Positions 26,089-27,347 of a stretch of 27,347 nucleotides of DNA are shown piece after piece. Origin of the DNA: Candidatus Thorarchaeota archaeon (GTDB lineage: Archaea > Asgardarchaeota > Thorarchaeia > Thorarchaeales > Thorarchaeaceae); assembly GCA_016839445.1 (NCBI GenBank), contig JAEOUG010000097.1, positions 1 through 27,347 on the forward strand, in the 5' to 3' direction. Within the stretch, counting starts at the first letter, position 1; each line of letters opens with the position of its first letter. The position numbers and the translations under genes were made by a program. The notes under the pieces were generated by a model. It did no database searches. It saw only the letters and a list, made by a program, of their open reading frames with translations, and had not been told where the DNA came from.

Positions 26089-26346
26089 ATGGGTAGATCA
26101 TGCACAGTCTGTCGTGAGAAGTCGAAGATCAGATGCGACAAGTGCCGAAACGACTTCTGCCTAGATCACGCCATCAAGTGTCCTACCTGTGGTACAATCA
26201 CTTGTATACGAGACCTCGGACGTAAGGAGACCTGTCCGTCCTGCGGGAAGAGATTGAACATGTGTCCTGAGTGCCACTTGGATGGACGAATTGTCCGCAC
26301 ACTTGCCAAACCTGTCCAATGTCCTGAATGCGGATGGACTGGCTAA
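26089..26346 (+). CDS. Small multi-zinc-finger protein
   Basis: 85 aa with six CxxC, one CxxH and one CxxD; ATG 26089 preceded by ggtggtg. Confidence 0.8.
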   Translation: MGRSCTVCREKSKIRCDKCRNDFCLDHAIKCPTCGTITCIRDLGRKETCPSCGKRLNMCPECHLDGRIVRTLAKPVQCPECGWTG

Positions 26347-26594
26347 CCCAGCGTCAAGAGCAGCACTCCGAACAGAACTATCGCCACAACGAACGCTACG
26401 GCCCAGCCGGTTCTTCCATACCCCCAGACAATAGGGATAGGGCCAAGAAGAATGACTCCCTTGCTATCGGTCTTCTGCTCTGTGTCACCTGCCAACGAAG
26501 AGACCCTCATGAAGAATCCAACGAAAATCAGGACTATTCCCGCAAGTATTGCGAACCATGCCAGTAACTCCAGAGTCGTCTGCACTGTCCTCAC
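26343..26594 (-). CDS. DUF131/TIGR00304-family membrane protein
   Basis: GVILLGPIPIVWG signature between TM helices; GTGA overlap with the upstream stop. Confidence 0.85.
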   Translation of the reverse strand: MRTVQTTLELLAWFAILAGIVLIFVGFFMRVSSLAGDTEQKTDSKGVILLGPIPIVWGYGRTGWAVAFVVAIVLFGVLLLTLG

Positions 26595-27154
26595 CTTGTA
26601 TCCATCATCACGTTTGGCAATTCGAATTCCATTCTCTCATAGCCCCCGACCTCATCTCCTTCATCCGCCCAGAGCATCACTAGATCACCATAGATCTCGA
26701 AGCTCAACGCCGTGTCAATCTCGGTTACTCTAGTTCCAACAGGAAAACGCCAGATGATTTCGAAGTCGTACGGGGCCTCTTCCTCTTCCAGCCAAGTCTC
26801 AATCTGATTGACACCGTCATGGAATCGGCCTGCGAAGTCAATCAAGTAGATTACCGCGACAATCTCGCTGTGTCCCTTTGTGAAGATGTCACAGTAGTCC
26901 ACTCTTGACTTCACTCTCTCCTTGTTGATTTCCACGCGTTCCTTGTCCAAGAAGTACTGCATGTTCGATGCTAGCTTCTCGGTCTCCTTCTCAAGGAGAC
27001 CCTGGTCTCTGATGACCTTCCTGTAGTATCCCTCGGGGTCGAAGTACTCGAAGCTCAGACGCTCATGTATCTCACCCGAGAGCCCCACAGAAAAGAACGA
27101 GTCTGCATGAACAGGCTCTACGGACTCAGACAGGTATCTCTCCAATATCGTCAC
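26591..27154 (-). CDS. Hypothetical acidic beta-rich protein
   Basis: 187-aa ORF whose GTG directly abuts the upstream TAG. Confidence 0.82.
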   Translation of the reverse strand: MTILERYLSESVEPVHADSFFSVGLSGEIHERLSFEYFDPEGYYRKVIRDQGLLEKETEKLASNMQYFLDKERVEINKERVKSRVDYCDIFTKGHSEIVAVIYLIDFAGRFHDGVNQIETWLEEEEAPYDFEIIWRFPVGTRVTEIDTALSFEIYGDLVMLWADEGDEVGGYERMEFELPNVMMDTR

Positions 27155-27346
27155 CTACTCCAAAGGAACTGCATGGATTCCAATCTCACTAAGATGGTTT
27201 GAAAGAGTGATTCCGTTTCCGGTGAAGCAATGTGCTATCCGTGGGTTGACATCTTGGGCAAACTGAACAAGACCATTGAAGTCAGAGTGAGCGCTCAGAG
27301 GAAATCCGGGCTCTCGGAACTTGCCTATTGTCCACCCCGATAGTGA
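27155..27346 (-). CDS. C-terminal fragment of an MBL-fold beta-CASP nuclease (truncated by the window edge; not in the ORF track)
   Basis: Manual translation SLSGWTIGKFREPGFPLSAHSDFNGLVQFAQDVNPRIAHCFTGNGITLSNHLSEIGIHAVPLE* contains SGW and motif B LSAHSDF..L..F...VNP. Confidence 0.85.
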   Translation of the reverse strand, partial: SLSGWTIGKFREPGFPLSAHSDFNGLVQFAQDVNPRIAHCFTGNGITLSNHLSEIGIHAVPLE

Positions 27347-27347
27347 G

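Noticed and set aside
25965-26141. N-terminal extensions of the ORFs 25698..26141 (-) and 26038..26346 (+)
   Set aside because: They would overlap head-to-head. Downstream starts with SD-like motifs (25964/25958 and 26089) give compact Zn-finger proteins and a normal divergent gap.
1-27347. tRNA, rRNA, CRISPR array, transposase/integrase, selenoprotein or pyrrolysine read-through
   Set aside because: Intergenic gaps are under about 200 bp with no cloverleaf or spaced repeats seen and no mobile-element motifs. Recognisable proteins are complete at their stops, so no recoding is needed. This check was by eye only.

Overview
A gene-dense archaeal chromosomal window with 34 supported CDS, two of them truncated at the window edges. 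TATA/BRE-type promoters, an archaea-specific SF2 helicase, a GAN/Cdc45-type DHH nuclease and eukaryote-like proteins point to an Asgard archaeon, most likely Thorarchaeia (inference from gene content, not a database result). Housekeeping content includes a purine/MTA salvage and nucleotide-sanitising cluster (MazG/DCTPP1-like, nitrilase, MTAP, PRTase, Nudix, HAD), MFS and DASS transporters, a HerA/FtsK-type ATPase, a B3/4 editing protein and an alpha/beta hydrolase. Four observations stand out: (1) a stand-alone 66-aa OST5/TMEM258 homolog; (2) a methyltransferase with full protein-arginine-methyltransferase (PRMT) architecture, divergent from a TPR/Zn-ribbon gene and close to MTAP; (3) a coiled-coil protein with a syntaxin-SNARE-like half-motif upstream of a tail-anchored protein; (4) a right-end cluster of two unknown genes, the helicase, two Zn-finger genes and a beta-CASP nuclease fragment missed by the ORF track. 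TAG is the dominant stop codon. No rRNA, tRNA, CRISPR or mobile element was recognised. All family calls come from motif recognition by eye.
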